DNA of 64,000 bases from Candidatus Omnitrophota bacterium (lineage in GTDB: Bacteria > Omnitrophota > Gorgyraeia > Zapsychrales > Fredricksoniimonadaceae), in contig CAIVRE010000008.1 in NCBI GenBank assembly GCA_903908245.1, positions 1,432 to 65,431 on the forward strand. The letters run 5' to 3'. Under the pieces are notes generated by a model. That model was not told where the DNA came from. It did not search any database and saw only the letters and a list, made by a program, of their open reading frames with translations. Shown in pieces: positions 48,001-63,000 of this stretch. A program made the translations under genes and the position numbers. Positions within the stretch are counted from its first letter, which is position 1. Every line of letters begins with the position of its first letter.

Positions 48001-51000
48001 GATAAAAAAGTTCGTTTTATCTTTATTAATCGAAATGTGCTTGGCAAATTCAACCGGATCAGAGAACCGGGCGATCTTAAAGCCCGACGCATGTAAAGTA
48101 TTATTAATATCCTTGGCTGTACCGGTCATACCAAGAACCTGGTCAAAGAAGTCAATGGCATTGGCTGCGCTCATTCGATCAGAAACGCTCCCCATGGCCT
48201 GCTGAAGAATAGAAGCCTCTTTATCAACCTTTATGCGCTGCGCATCCGGCATTTCCCACATCAAATGAGACAAGGCCATCAACGCACGCGCATTTAATCC
48301 CGTAGGATCACTAAAAATATTATTATCCATATATTTATCGCGCGACTTATCTTTGACCGCGTACTTTACAATTCCGGTGGCCTCATCAAAACTGACCCTA
48401 TATCGTTCACCGATCGTGCCGATCTGATCCAAAGACCAAGCCGCCTCATTAAGCAACTCCCGCAACTGAGATCTTGATAATGCACTCTCTACCCCGTCGA
48501 TCTTTGAAACTTTTTTCCATAATGCTTCAAATGCCTCTGGGGTAAACTGTTTTCGATCAGAAACCTCAGAACCGCCCGCTGTCTTATATGTTTCGATCTG
48601 ATCTTTAAGTTTTGAAGCGATGTCCTTTTCTCCAGGCTTGATCTCAAAATGGCTAGTAACAACTTCCCAAACCTTCCCTGCGATCTCGCCTCTCTGACTA
48701 TAACGCTCCAGCATGCCGGGCATCAAAGCAGACATGATCTCTTTATTGCTGCTTCCCTGGTCGGTAACACGCTCAGGAGCTAAATAAACCCGGTGGAACT
48801 CATCCATCACCGCGGTCACGCCCTCAAAATAATTTGCCGCCGACCCGTTCCTCGACGCATGAACCGCATAATCCTGCACATCAAGAAGTTTAAGGACCCT
48901 GACCTCCCCATCCTTGAATGCCTCAACCTCAACCTTATCACCAGACCGGGTTGCTTCGCGAAACAACCCGCCAAACTTCTTATTCATTGCACCCATTACC
49001 TCATGACTATCAACATTGGCCCAAGCCTTATAAAGGTCATCACTGGTAGCGACCAGGGCTACTTTCTTTCCCGTAGCGGCCAACACCCCGGCCATGGCCA
49101 CAGCAATAGTCGATTTACCACCACCAACGAACTGGTCCCACATCATACGACCGCTCTTACCGAATGCCGTCTGAAAGAATCCATAAATAGCCGCCGCTTG
49201 TTCTTCACGAATATCGAATCTCTTCCCATTAGAGGTCCTCACATCTTTAAGAATACCCAAAACCATCTTTGTCGCGACTTCCGCACGTTCATTAATATCT
49301 TTAATATCATTGAGTTTTTTTATGTCTGCACGCGTTCTCGGAATAGTCAACACTTCAGCGATCGTTGAACTCTGATCAGCAATTGAGTCTTTATTAATTT
49401 TTAACAACCTGTTCAGATCCTGCGCGATCTTCCTCCCTGAAGAGAAAATATCGCTCGAAAACGTCTTAATATCGCTTTCAAGATCTTTATCTGAACCAGG
49501 ATTCTTCCGCCCCTGTTCTGCCTTTACTGCCGCCGTCCTACGACTCGACTCAAAATCCGCCCCATAGAACGGCAATTTCCCGCCTAAGGCATTGCTTTCA
49601 CGTAAAGCGCGTGTCCAGGGAGATGAGCCCATCCCGGGATCATTACGAAGAGCTTTAGCACTATCAGATATGGCTGTTGGTTTAGAAGAGGATTTATCAA
49701 TGGAAACTTCGGCGGGAGAACCTTTCCCAGTCGGAGGTGCTTGAGGCTTAAGAGCTGTCTCAAGCTTGAGCATTGCCTGACGAACATTATTGAATTGCGC
49801 ATCAGAGCCAAGGGAACCAGCCAATTCACGCAATCCCCCAACCAGGTCTGTTGCAGGAGCACTTAAGCCCTTCTTGCCGTTGATCATTTCCGTTGCCTTC
49901 GCTAAAAATTCCCCAAGGCCGGAACGAATACCAATATCATCCCCATTCAATTTTCCCTGCTCTATAGAAACAGCCTCACGCATGGCATCAAACGCTTGCG
50001 CAAATGTCGCACGATCACCTAAAGATTCATACGCCCGAAGCTCCAAAAGCTTCGCTTCCAGCATATTGACAAGCTTTGGCTGATCCTTGCTTTCGCCTTG
50101 CTTATTATTCTGAACTTTCAGGATAGTCTGAACCTGTTCTGCTGCCTTACCAAAATCCCCGCTTCTCTGCAAGGCCTGAACATAGTCCATGCGTAATCCG
50201 ATATCACTAAAACCATTAATACCTTTATTGCCCTTATCACTTAGATCATTGCGGTTTTCCTTCGCGGCTAACGCATCCAATTTAACCGCCTTCTCAAGCA
50301 GCTTAACCGCTTTATTGATCTTCCCGCCTTCAAGCGCCTCGACCCCCTGCTGCCGCACCTGCGCCGCTTCCAACATAGTACGCAACGTCTTAATATCCGT
50401 CTTTAAATTCTCCAGGCTTTCCGCACCATTATCCGCATCTTTCACCCTGGACGATTCTTTAGCAAGAAAAGATTCCAATGACTTGATAACAGAAGCTACC
50501 TCTGCGAAATCTGCGGAAGCGTCCAGCCTCTCGGTTCCCCGCTCACTGATCCGGGTAAGCCTGACAGCCGCGATATTCTTTAAAAGATCCGAATTATTCG
50601 GATTCATTACCTTCGCCAATTCCAAAAGATCAACAGCCCTGGTCGTCTGCTGCGACTGCGCCGAAGCCCGTGCATTCTCTAATAAATGATTGTACCCATT
50701 CTCTCCAAGAACAAGTTCTCTCATGGATGCCAGAACAAAACGAGTCTCCTTCGGTGCGCGATCGTATAAATTATCCACAATATCAAGCATGGATCTCGCA
50801 TGCCCCACTTGAGCTTTTACCGACTCAGCGAATTTATCCATGTCGAAAGACACCGTGCCCTTATCATCAGCCTTATACTCCGTTGCCAGAACAGTCTTGG
50901 ATGCTATATCATTAACCCATGCCTTCCGTGCCTGCGCTACTTCTGCTGCAATAGTCTTCCTGGCACCAACCGAAACGCCTCCCTGCTGATCTAATAAATG

Positions 51001-54000
51001 CTCTATGATCGCATTCTCTAATTTTTCAACTGTCTGATGCTCTCTTTTCAATGCATTAAGTGTATCCTGATCAATCAATTTACGCGTAACAAACTCACCA
51101 TACGCCCCCTCAAGCCCATCGCTGATAATTTTTCTAATAGGCGATTCCGCCCCCGCATCCTTACCACCTACTGTTGTAGTCAAATTATCCACAAGAAGAG
51201 AACCATTGTTCTTTAAATGCGAGGTAACTTCACTGATAGTGCTATCGAGCAATTCATGATATCTTGTCCACTCCCCATGATCCGCCGGCTGAACCCTTTC
51301 AGCACTACTAAACTGCTCAATAAGTTTATTGAACTTCTCGGCATCGATCGTTCTCAAAGGACGAACCTTGTCATAAAAACTCAACGTGTCCCTCGCCCGA
51401 TCAACCATCCGCTCCAAGCGTCCGGCACTTCCCTCTGAAGCTGTTAAAGTATCCGCAACCGCCTTACGAAGTTTCTCCGCAACCTGCGCAGCAGCACCCC
51501 CCTTAAACTCCAGGGCATAATCGTTAAGGTCCCGCGTAAGCCTGTCCAGATCGCTTCCTCGAGAAGCAGACTTTAACTGTGCCTTGGCGATATCCGCCCG
51601 CCCGATCTCCTGCAAACGCCCTTGAGCCAAGGCGCTATTGTTTGATGATTGTGCCACTTCCTGATGAAGCGCTTCAACTTCAGCATCAGTTCCGGATTTT
51701 TTGGAATCCCGAACCAATTCTCTCACATTCTGACTGCGCTCTTTACTGCCCTTGATAGCAGTTTCTAAGAATCTTGCTAATTCCGCTTTCTTTTGCTCAA
51801 GTCTTTTCTGGAACATCCCGACCTTGCTGAATTTTGTTAAGGCTGCGATCTCTTGCTCAAGTTTCTTAACCTGAGCACGTTCAACCGCTGCATTAACAGC
51901 ATGATCTACAAGAAGCTTGAATTTGCCGATCTCCATCTCCACCTTTTCCCGCCGCTGTTTTAACGCAGTTGAATCGCCCATCCCATTTTCGATCTTCCAG
52001 TCAATGAGAGAAAGCTCTGTTTCAAGCGACCGGCTCCGCGCATTAGTCCTATCAGCGATCGCTAACGCCTTTTCCGTTGTCCCAGCTTTCCTGGACATTA
52101 CATTAACCAATGTGTTCCCAAGAATAAAAGCATCCCGCAGAAGTTGCGTCCGCAGTTGAGCCGCTTTCGACATCTTGTCGATCCTCACATCGAGGGTCTG
52201 CGGCGTAGCCGTAGTGCTGGCCTGTGGGGCGATCGCAACATCGCCAACCGCCTTCGCAGAATTCAACCCATCATTCAAAGCTTTATTACGAACTTCCAAA
52301 GCCGTGCGTTCCTGTAATAATTGATTCCTTTGCTCCGAAGTAACATCCGGCTTAATAAGCGCCGCATCAATGGCCACTGTTCTGGCATTATTGACAGCCA
52401 TGGTTCTCCGCGCGAAATCCTCAACACGTTTGGCCACGTTCTCTTGCAACCGGGGAGCAGACCCATCATTGGCTTCAACCGCGCTCTGAAGTTTTTGTTC
52501 TGCCCGAGCTAATCCTTCCGCCCGAACCTGAAGAGCCGCCTGGTCATGGATAAATTGAGCCTGATCAAGTGCTCCCTTGGCTTCCTGGGCCGCTGGAGAC
52601 TCCTTATCTGTTATAGATTCATAAACAGTCTTCGCTTCCGTAAGGTCACGACGAGCCATCCTGTACGCCTCAACCGGAGAGGTGGCATTATGATACGATT
52701 TCACAGCCAGCATGGGTGCATACGCCCAAACCGTTTCCTCAAGCCCAGAAGAAATAATCGTCCGGTCCTTAGGATTAAACCCTTTACCATCGATCAAATT
52801 GGACAACGACGCAAGAGACCACTTTCCAGCCTCAAGTCTTTTCTTATCTTCCTCGCTTTTTATTAGAGATTTATCTTTATACTCACCAAACATGTAATTA
52901 ACCGCCTCCTTCGTTCCCGTAACAACCAGCGGCATATAAAACATATCTCTATACGCGGCACTAGCAATAGAACCTTCAGCAAAAGGCTGTTGAATATAGC
53001 CGAAGCCCTTCTGTACGCTGCTCATCAATCCATTGCCCGGCTTCGGAGTCCCCTGTAACTGAAGGACCGCGAACAACGGAGACATCCATGCGCCCTGCCG
53101 CGGGGACATAATGGTCTCTTCTCCGAGTAAAGCCTGATGTAAATTGTCCTGGGTAAACAACGACCGCCCGTTATCAGCCATGAAAAGCGGAATATCTTTC
53201 CAGCTACGATACCCATACTTCTTAAAAGCACGCGAATCCTCTCCATCAATCGCCACTTCAATCTGCGCCGATGCGCCTTTCCAGAAAGCACCGCCACCGC
53301 CCATCATAATATTGACACCCGGCCAGCGCACTGCACCGCTGGAGGTCATATCAATAAGCCCTTTCTCGGCACCAGGGTTGGAATAGAACCCCTTAAGTGT
53401 ATTCATGTTTGTCATCCCGAGACCTTTCAAGATCCGCAAAGACAACATCGCAGCGCCAGCACCTGCAATAGCATCTGTTACCCCACGCCCCACAGTATAA
53501 TTCTTACGATCATTGTAATATTCATACCCGACCTTTAACCCCGCGCCTGCCAATCCAGTCGCGGTATATTTGACCCAAGTAGGCGTTTTGGAAAGAGCGC
53601 TCACAAAGCTGTTATTAAAAAGTCTGCTCCCCGAAGCATACGTGGCGGCAGCACCAGCTCCGACAAAAACCGTTCCCCATACTGCCCCGGTCTTAAGGCC
53701 TTCTTTATAATCTTGCGCCATCGCCGAATCAAAAGTATCTGTTTCCAATCTTCCTCTGGAAGCCGTTCCGGTCACAGCGTATGTTTGACCAAAAACAAGC
53801 GCCTCCGAACCGATCGACCTTGCCGTACGCTGAGCAATATTAATAGCCCTTCCCCATGTCATAGCGCCTCCTTCTAACGCACTAGCAGGCGCGATCGCTT
53901 TTGCTAACGGATATGAAGCAGCTATTCCAAGCAATTGCACATTTTGCTTCCAGGTCAATTCCCCTTTTCCATTCATTAACGATATCGCATTGGCACCACC

Positions 54001-57000
54001 GATCGAAAGAGAAGCACTCGCCGCATACTGCAGCCCAATCCTGGCAGCCGCTGTCTTGACACTACTGGCAGCACCGGAGAAAGGAACCGACAGCGCAGCA
54101 AGGGAGACAAACGCGCTTTCTTGCAAATCTAACCCGCGGCCTCTGGCCGCATAAGAAATAGCATTACCACCGATATTAAATGCCCCGATAGCTCCGACAC
54201 CACGAACCACGCCCACAGCCCATGGGTTGGCGGACATCGCTATTAACGACGTTCCTACGCCAGCTAAACGTGTTCCCTGCAAAGCATTCCCCGTGCCTGC
54301 CATAAATCTGGTTGCGAGCGAAAGATTACTGCTCCCCAGCCATCCACCCGCACGCGCCATCAATGCGCTCGAAACACCCGCCTGCAAAATATTACTAACA
54401 GAAAAATCGCCCGTTTTATTATATTTATAGATTTCTGCCGCTGTCGCAACCCCCGCGCCAAGCGCAGCGTACACCAAAACCCTTTTAGTGGCATACCTTG
54501 TCGCAATTGTCTCCGTAGCCTGAACAGCAACTCTAACCGCCACCCTAGCTGCAGTAGTCACCGATGCATGCAATGCCCCTTTAGCTGATTCAGCAGCAAG
54601 AACAGAAGTTCCCGCAGAAAAAAGAGCCGTACCCAATTCAACCGCCGTAATAACTCCATCTACCACATAAATAGCCCCCATCACTTTTGCACCGTTATTC
54701 ATCGCGTGCAACTGATCCGAGAATGCCCTGGCACTGGAATAATCATTGCGAACCAATTCATCCGCGATCCCTTTCATTTCATTACCATCAGCAAAATAAT
54801 GATTCATACGTCCGTCTTTATTCACATACCAGACCGCAATATCATTATCCCGAACTCCCATCCAAGCCTCACCCTTACTCTTCCATGCATTGATCTCTTC
54901 AGGCAATGCAGCCGTACCCGCCTTATTTGCGCCAAACACTGAATCCATCCAGTTCGACCCGGAACCACCGGACTTGCTGGATATTTTATCCATATCATTC
55001 AACCAGACCGTCTTCCCCTCACCCCACCTGTTCACAACATCCGTAGACCCTGAACCAAACATTGGATAAATATAGCGAGCCGCAAGTGAATTTCGTCCAC
55101 CGACCCAATACCCCTGATGATTTTCTATCTCGGAGGATCTTGTGATCGCAAAATCCCCTTCCGGCGTCTTAACGATCGTTGAATCTTGTAATATCCTGTC
55201 TGACTGCGCCGGATTAAGCAGCAGCTTCATGATCTTGATCGCCTCGGGAGAATATTGAGTGTCTAAAACTTTCTTGCCATCTTTCACAACCCATTGTTCT
55301 GAAACGATATCCGGCATATAAACAAATGCCTGCATCCCTATTCCACCTAACCCGCCTTGATTACGCGGAGTGATCAGCCCTTGGACCAAGCTGACCATCA
55401 AAACCTCGGAATCCCTTTCTTTCGAATACTCCGCATACGAACCAGAACCATATTTATTCCTGATCTCTGTCGGCTTGGACAGGTCATTTCCCAACGCTGA
55501 ACGCACCGCAAACTCCGTCATCTGCGAATTACCCATTCGAGGATCACGCAACAAATCGTTATAAAGAAGAAGGTTTTTATTAGAACCAACATCCATCGGC
55601 GGCATATTGGAAGGCAACGCCGGCAAAGAAGCAATCCTGTCGCCCCAAATAACAGAAGAATACGCATTATCAAAAGCCGTTGTCTGGGCGCCCACTGTAA
55701 CAGTCGTCAATTGCTGATTATCCAATTCAGACAAGAACCGGCCACCATTACGCATATCTCCGGTCTCAACATCCTGCAATAACAATCTGGATCCCGTACC
55801 ATATCCAGTTTCTACCACAACAGTACCGCGATCTTGTAAATGCCCCGCGATATTAGAGGTCACCTTTGTTGGTTTCCCATCAGTCCCAAGGACAGCAAGC
55901 TCAACATCTTTCATGGCTTGCCCATAAGGCGTTGTTGATGTCGCCGCATCACTTGTTTTCTTGGAAGACAGCAGATCTTTAAGCATCGCAGTGAACCGTG
56001 ATCCAGGCAGGTTCGCGAACAACGTTGCAGAAAAAGGAACCTCTACCAATCCTTCATTAACCACCAATCGCTCACCGACCACTTTTCCCGTCTTGCTATC
56101 GATTATCGCAACCCAACCCGGATCGCGAGAACCATACGATCGAGACCCTATCTCAAAACCTTGTCCTGAAGCCCCTAATTCTATTTTATAACTGCCATCG
56201 GCCTGAATATCCTTGGCAAGGCCTGAACGGAACTCCCCGCTAACCCGATACTGACCGGCAACACCAACAAAAGTTCCCCAGCCTTCTACATTCCTTGTTA
56301 ATTGTTTAAGACCATGTTCTGATAAAGTGCCATAAGCCGCAGGCAATCCCTGGGACAAATTAACATTAGCAAGCGTATCCGTATGCTGACTCGGCTGAAG
56401 AAGCACGGTCATAACTTTATAAATATTGGTATCCTTTACTAATGTACCTTCACCAAAAAAATCAACAAGTCCATCTTGTCTATACGTCCATCCGGCGAAA
56501 GCATCCTTAGCTCCTTCTTTCATATAAAGTTTTGAATCCTCGGAATACCACATCCCCGAACCAACTTTATCCCCTTTCCTAACGCCATCATATTTAAGGG
56601 CAAAGAAAGTGGATTGATCAAGGCCGACCGTGCTTAATGCCTCTTTCTCCTGCCTGCTCAATGAAAAATAATCAGTCCACGCTTTCTCTGCGATAGACAG
56701 CCTTTCACCAGACACCCCAGCGGTCTTAAGCTTGGCAATAAAATCCGCTTTGGTCTGCCGCGGCGCTTTATATTCGTAAGGAGCAGAACCAAAATCCGAT
56801 TTAACCGGAACACCCATATTCTGGTCTTTATTTTCCTGGCGCGCTTCATCGGCTAACAAAACAACCGATCCCTTCTTGTCCCCGGCGAACCGCAATCCAT
56901 CCGTCATGATCCACTTGCCATCACTATCAAGTCCACCTAAGTGAAATCCAAGACGGGTGACATAACTGCCTTTATCATCCAAGAGCCCTTTTTCTGATGC

Positions 57001-60000
57001 CGCAGCGTTGGGGATCGCACTCGCAAATCGAAGGTCCGCCTTATTCCCCACAGAATAAACAACCTTATCCGAACCCGCCTCGCCTGTGCCTCTGGCCGTA
57101 TAAAGAGAACGCTGCTCAAAATCCGCCTGAAGGCGGCGCTGTTTTCCTGCTTGATCAGCATCCGCGATCGCAGACTCTTTAAGTGCAAACTCGGGCCCCT
57201 TGCTCTTCTCTTGTGTCGAGCCCTGACCGGTCTTTTTATGCGGTGTCACATCTGAATAAGACCCGTTAGTCTTCCCATCGGATACCGCCATGATCAAACT
57301 CTCTCCTAAGAAAGCAACATCTTCTGACTGCCCCAATGGACCAGACGCAAGCTTACGCCAAGTCGGAGAGAACATATTAAATGCCAACTCGTTCTTAACT
57401 TCCCCTGTAACGACCCCATTCTCCATCTTGGCACCCTTGGCATATTCCTTAACCCCGCCACGGGCAAGAACATTCGTCCTGGAATCATCAGCAAAAACAA
57501 CAATGCCATCCTTATATTCCAACATGGCCTTACGAATATCCCCGTCATTGATCGCAACACCTTGCGCCATCAGCCCGTTGGTTGAAACATATGATTGCAA
57601 TGGGCCGCTCAAATTATTTATATTAGTAAAAAGCTCCGCGATCTGCTGTTTCTTGGTTTCCGGGTTCCAATTGGCTTCCTTCAAATAAAGCACCATATTC
57701 TGCTTACTACCGGACACAGCATCGGGCAGGGTAACAAACTGCTTAAGAATCCCGCCGCCATTCCCTGATATCGATCTTTCCATGGCAACAGTGCTTCCAT
57801 CCATCACATATTTACCGTCCTGTACCGTAAACCCGCCCTTATATATCCCGTCCTGACGTGCCCCAGCATAATCATAAAGCAATAAAGGAGACGACCAAAT
57901 AACCCCTCTCCCCGATACTGATTTACTTCCTGTGGCAATTCCATCCTGCTGTTGGGGAATAATATTGGTAATAGCCTGCGTTGCCGCCGTTCCTTCGTTA
58001 TATTTATAATGAGACCCTGTCGTCTGAAAATGGATCGGAGTGACATCTCCCGTCAACACGATCTTCCCGGCCAACGGGTTCTGACTAACGGCAAAATTAT
58101 TTAAATTATCACCGGTAAACATCAACGCGGATATCTGCTTGGCTGTCGATGAAAAAACCTTGGCATCAATCCCGGAACCATCTTCTTTTAACGCTTTTAA
58201 AGCCACCTGCTCCTGCTGCATGGTCTTAATATCCGTGTCCGAAACTCCCATCGACTTTAACGCTTCTGCAAATTTTTCCGGAGTCATCTCCCGAATAGCC
58301 TGGACAGCGATACCTCCAACACCCAAGGCCTGCCCCATCCCCGCTGTCAATCGTTGTCCTGGTTCATTGGCACTTAACACAACATGTCCAGCCTCCACTC
58401 CACTCTGACCGACCGTCGCCTCTTCTTTGACCGGAACAAATGTTCCTGCATGCGCCCCAAATATCTTCTGCCTGGATTCTTCTTCTGCGGCAGCAGCCAC
58501 AAGTTGCTGCCCTTGGGAAACCCATGCAGTGACTGCACCCATATCCGCACCAGCTTTTGTCAACTCCGTCGCTTTTATCTTTAGATCAAAAGCCTTATAA
58601 GACTTGTCTTCCGCACCCTTGCGAACTTTCTCGTCAGTTGACTCCCTATCGGCAACAACCTCTGCGTCAAGCGCCGTAGACTGCCTCATCAAGTCCTGCG
58701 CAGTTTCCGCTATGGCTGTCTTTAATATTTTCTTTTCATCATCAGAAAGAACAGCGCCGGGCTTCATGGACTTCTGGACAACTTCTGCCATCGATCCCAG
58801 ATTCTTCGCCTGCAACGACTGGACCATCATCTGTGCCGCGCTGATCGACCTCACCGGAGCGTTTGTCTTTTCCGTCCCTGAATAAACCGCAACCGCCTGA
58901 GAAAGCGGCAACGTCTTTTCACCATTACCTTCAGCTTTATACTCCCTAAGATCTGTGACTTCCTTCCCGTCAGCATCCACCGTCTTAACCGGGATCTTGC
59001 CGGATACAGAAGCGCCGTTCATCATCGGCATCCATCCATCGCCCGCCGGATCATAAAGATATTGATTGGAGCCTGTCTGATATGTTAATTTCCCAAGGCC
59101 CAATTGAGCATTATTTAAGAAAACCAGTTTTCCGCCTTTAAACAACCCATCCCTAAAATTATCCTGATTATAGCCACGCTGCATCCTGCCGGAACTGCCA
59201 TCACCGATAGTAGCCTGGCCATCAAAATAATCCACAATAGCTCTGTCTCCCGCCGTACCCGCGATAACATCTACCCTGCCCGTTTCATTAGATAGCGCCT
59301 TGCCATCGATAATATAACGCGCTCCATGATATTTATCCGTCCCGTTCACAACACTCATGCCACCCTGATTCATTCCCAAACTAAATGGCTGCGCGATATA
59401 CCCGATCGCATCCTTAACACTGGTGTCCTCAGTCCTGAGCGTTTCCGTACCATCCAAAACCGGTATATTTTCTCTGACGATCCCCCGGCCTAAACCGATC
59501 TCCGTCGCCTTCGCCCCATCAACCTTTACCTCTGCCGAACCTCCTGTATAATTCAATAATCTCCCAACAACCTGTTCTTTATCATCGAGGATCGCCCCTA
59601 TAAGATTCTTTGAATTGATGCTCAAGACAGTATCTGTACTCTTTACCCCTGACGCCGGTTCATCAGCAGAATTATCCTTCTTGGGATCAGCATCCCCTTT
59701 TGCCAACCCGAACGGCGTTGCCATAAACCACCCGGTCGTCTTGCCCTTGCCAACAAGAGGATTCGACCCTGCGAACTTGATCTGGCCATCACTTGTTACA
59801 GAAGCCTCAGCATCACTTAAGCGGCCAACAGACGAAGGATCTTTGCCCTTCTCTGTCCCATTCTCCCACCTAGACTGAGTCATTGCCGTATTTGCAAACG
59901 TTGCGTTAGGCTGAAGTCTTACATTCAAATACGGAAAATCTGCCAATGTGACCACGCCATCTTGTAAAGCGGACTGATATTTTTCCTTTACCCCAAAATT

Positions 60001-63000
60001 AAATGTTCCGGTAATATCAGTCTGCGCGGCATCTTGATACTTAATAACCTGCCCATTGGCATCCAATTTAGCTGTACGCTCACCATCGAAAAAGGAATGC
60101 GTAACACCTTCCTGTGTTAACGTTCCAACTTTTCCTTTCTCAACACCAAACATGACCTTTCCATCCTTCATAAAGATCGTAAGATTATCGGCGATCCCCT
60201 GAGCGGTAGTACTATATGCACTGTGATACCGAAGGATACTATTGCTTGTCTCAACATTCAGCGCACCGCCCGTCAGCATGCTGACCGATAATTGTTTATT
60301 ATAATCTGTAAGGGGAAGACTTTCCAAAGAAGCCCCTTTAAGACTCTCTTCAGAAAGAGTATTTGTCGTTAATTTCCCATTAGCCGAATACAGCAGAGCC
60401 CTGTTTGTAGCAGTATCCAGCGTGGCCAAATTCCCGGTCAATATCCCATGAAATTCACTAATATTGCCGCTCTTATCCGTCGTCCAGGGATTCTTCCCTG
60501 AAACCAACGACGCTGAATAAGCCACTCCATCTTTGGAAGAATCCCAGCCATACACCTCCGCAACAGTCTGATTACCCGATTCCTTTGCTTCCGGACCATC
60601 AACTCCTTTGACAACTTTAGCCTGACCACGTTCCCAAACCATGGATATAACTCCACCCTGGCCATTGTCCTTATTATCCGCGCCGACCTGGGTAAAAGAA
60701 GCCGAACGATTCGGGTTAACCAGCCACTTGCTAATATCATCCGCCCGTATACCAACAAGACTTCCCGCCTGGAATGTCTTCCTATAAGCCCCAGCCCCCA
60801 TCAACGCATGAGCAGCATTAATATTCACCCCGCGAAAATCACCATGCAATACCGGATCTGGAACGCCCATATTATAAAAGTCAACCGTACCATGGAACTC
60901 ATCACGTGACTGAACCTGTCCCTGCTCCTGAACACTCTTGAACGTCATGTTCTGTGCGAAAACCTTTTGGGTTGCAGCCTCACCGGCTTTGGAACTAGCC
61001 TTTCCCGTCGGCGTCAAAACACTGAAATTCAACGCGATCGGATCGCTCACCTTGCCACTGCTTTCCTGCGACGGAGTGATCACATAATCATTGCCACGGC
61101 TCAATCCTTGAGAAGACGCCGTCAACTCCGTCATCAATGCCGCCAACTCAGTATCCCCTGTGGCCTGAGTAACCAGCGCTCCGGCCATGCCACTAAAACC
61201 AACACGAGTCAGCTCCTTTGCCAATGCAAGCGATTCCTGGGCCTCCGGTGTTGATAATTGTTTCGCAAGGTACGGCGCGCTAATAGAAAGTTCTTTGGGA
61301 GTTCCCCGAGGATCATTCATCTGACGATTGACATAAGTCGTCGCAATCGTCTGCAAGGGATCGCCGCTAAAATTAAAATCCCCGGCTGAAAGATCCAGCA
61401 GGGTCTTTTTCTGGGCATCTGCCTGATAAACAAAACCAAACCCGCCCTTGCTTTCCTGGCCGACAAAAGACCCGTAGAATGATGTCGATGCCGCCGAGGA
61501 ATAATCGCTCTTCGCCAGGGCCAACGCCGCAGGATCAGCATTCAATGTGTCCACTTTCACTTGCAATTCATTAAGCTGATTATTAAGCCTTGCAATCTGC
61601 ACTGGATCGGCACTAGCCCCCTTGGCATTTTCTTTGGCTATGGCAAGCTTAAGACTATCCCCCTGACCCTTCAGTTGTTCCACGGCATTTTGTAAATTAT
61701 TTGAAACACTGCTCGAAACACCCCGCCACGCGCCCGGCATCCCCTGCACACTCGTAAATCCTTCAGTCACGAGCTGCTGGGCTTGAGCATTATTTGCATC
61801 CTGCATATTCAACACCGGAACAACCTTGGCGTTCGAAACCAATCCAAAAAAAGATGTTCCATCAGGCTCAAGCTTGGACGCCGACTCTTTTGTATAAGTA
61901 CCATACGAAATCCCATTCACAGAATTCCCGCTCACCGGAACAGTAATACTCACATTGCCAATATTCATGCTCTGCGCATAAACCTGCCCGCCAAGGCCAC
62001 TGAGCCCGTTGGTTCCGGCATCACCTAATGTCGCCGCCATCAACTGTTGATACGCCACGCTCTTTGCTGACCCGTCATTGAACATCGGCTGAAGGCCCAT
62101 AAAATACTGATCCTGCCCCGCCGGAAGCTTACCGCAGCAATAATTCATCGCACTAAAGTCCGCCACCAGGCGCGTTTGAGCCTGCACATCCGAATCCGTG
62201 AATGACATCGTCATCTTATAGAAATTGGGCGTATAAAGCTCTGTTTCAAACTGTTGCCCTGTTCCAACCTTTGCGCCGGAGAATGCCTGAAAAGCCCCGG
62301 TATTCTGATTATAAAGCTGTTGATTAACGATCGATAGAGACCCGGTCGTATTAGCTGCGAACTTCTGGCCAAAAGTATAGGTATTGGCTGTCTTCACTAA
62401 ATTATTCATGGATTCGGAGCCAACCTGGGCATACTGGTTGCTCATATAGCTCACCCCCGCCAGGGTATGACGATTCACTGAATCCATGCGCCACTGCGTA
62501 TCCATTTGTTCATCCGTACGGCGCTGGTCCTCAGGCAAAGCGGCGTTCTCTTTTTCGGACTTCTTCTGCTGACGCTCAAACTCGATCGCGCTATCAATAG
62601 AGAAGCCAGCTGCTCCGGCAAGATGCTCACCATACCCCATCATGGCTGTTGGACTATCAAACGAAAAACCGCCCTTTGTATTAATAAAGTTCGTACCATA
62701 AACGATCCCCATCCCCATATTAGCCTGGGAATACATTGCCGCGCCAAACATATCGCCTTGCAAAATACCTGTTGCTGAACTAACGAGCGCAAGCTTCCCC
62801 TGGAACGTATCAATATTCTGTTTGAACTCCCAGCCATTGGTAGCCGACATTCTTACCAATTTTGCCATATTCTTTTCATCATTAGCCCAAGCTTGCACGA
62901 TCGGCGCCGCGGCAATAACAGCCTGTCCGGCCGCCGTTTTACTTTCTGTTTCCCACGCCGCTGCATACGCTGCCTTAACAACATCAGGCCGGATCCCGGC

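Noticed and set aside
47100-49300. Housekeeping secA gene
   Set aside because: It is embedded in the giant ORF and diverges at Walker A/B (GGGKST, DEFH rather than GEGKT, DEVD), so no gene symbol was assigned.
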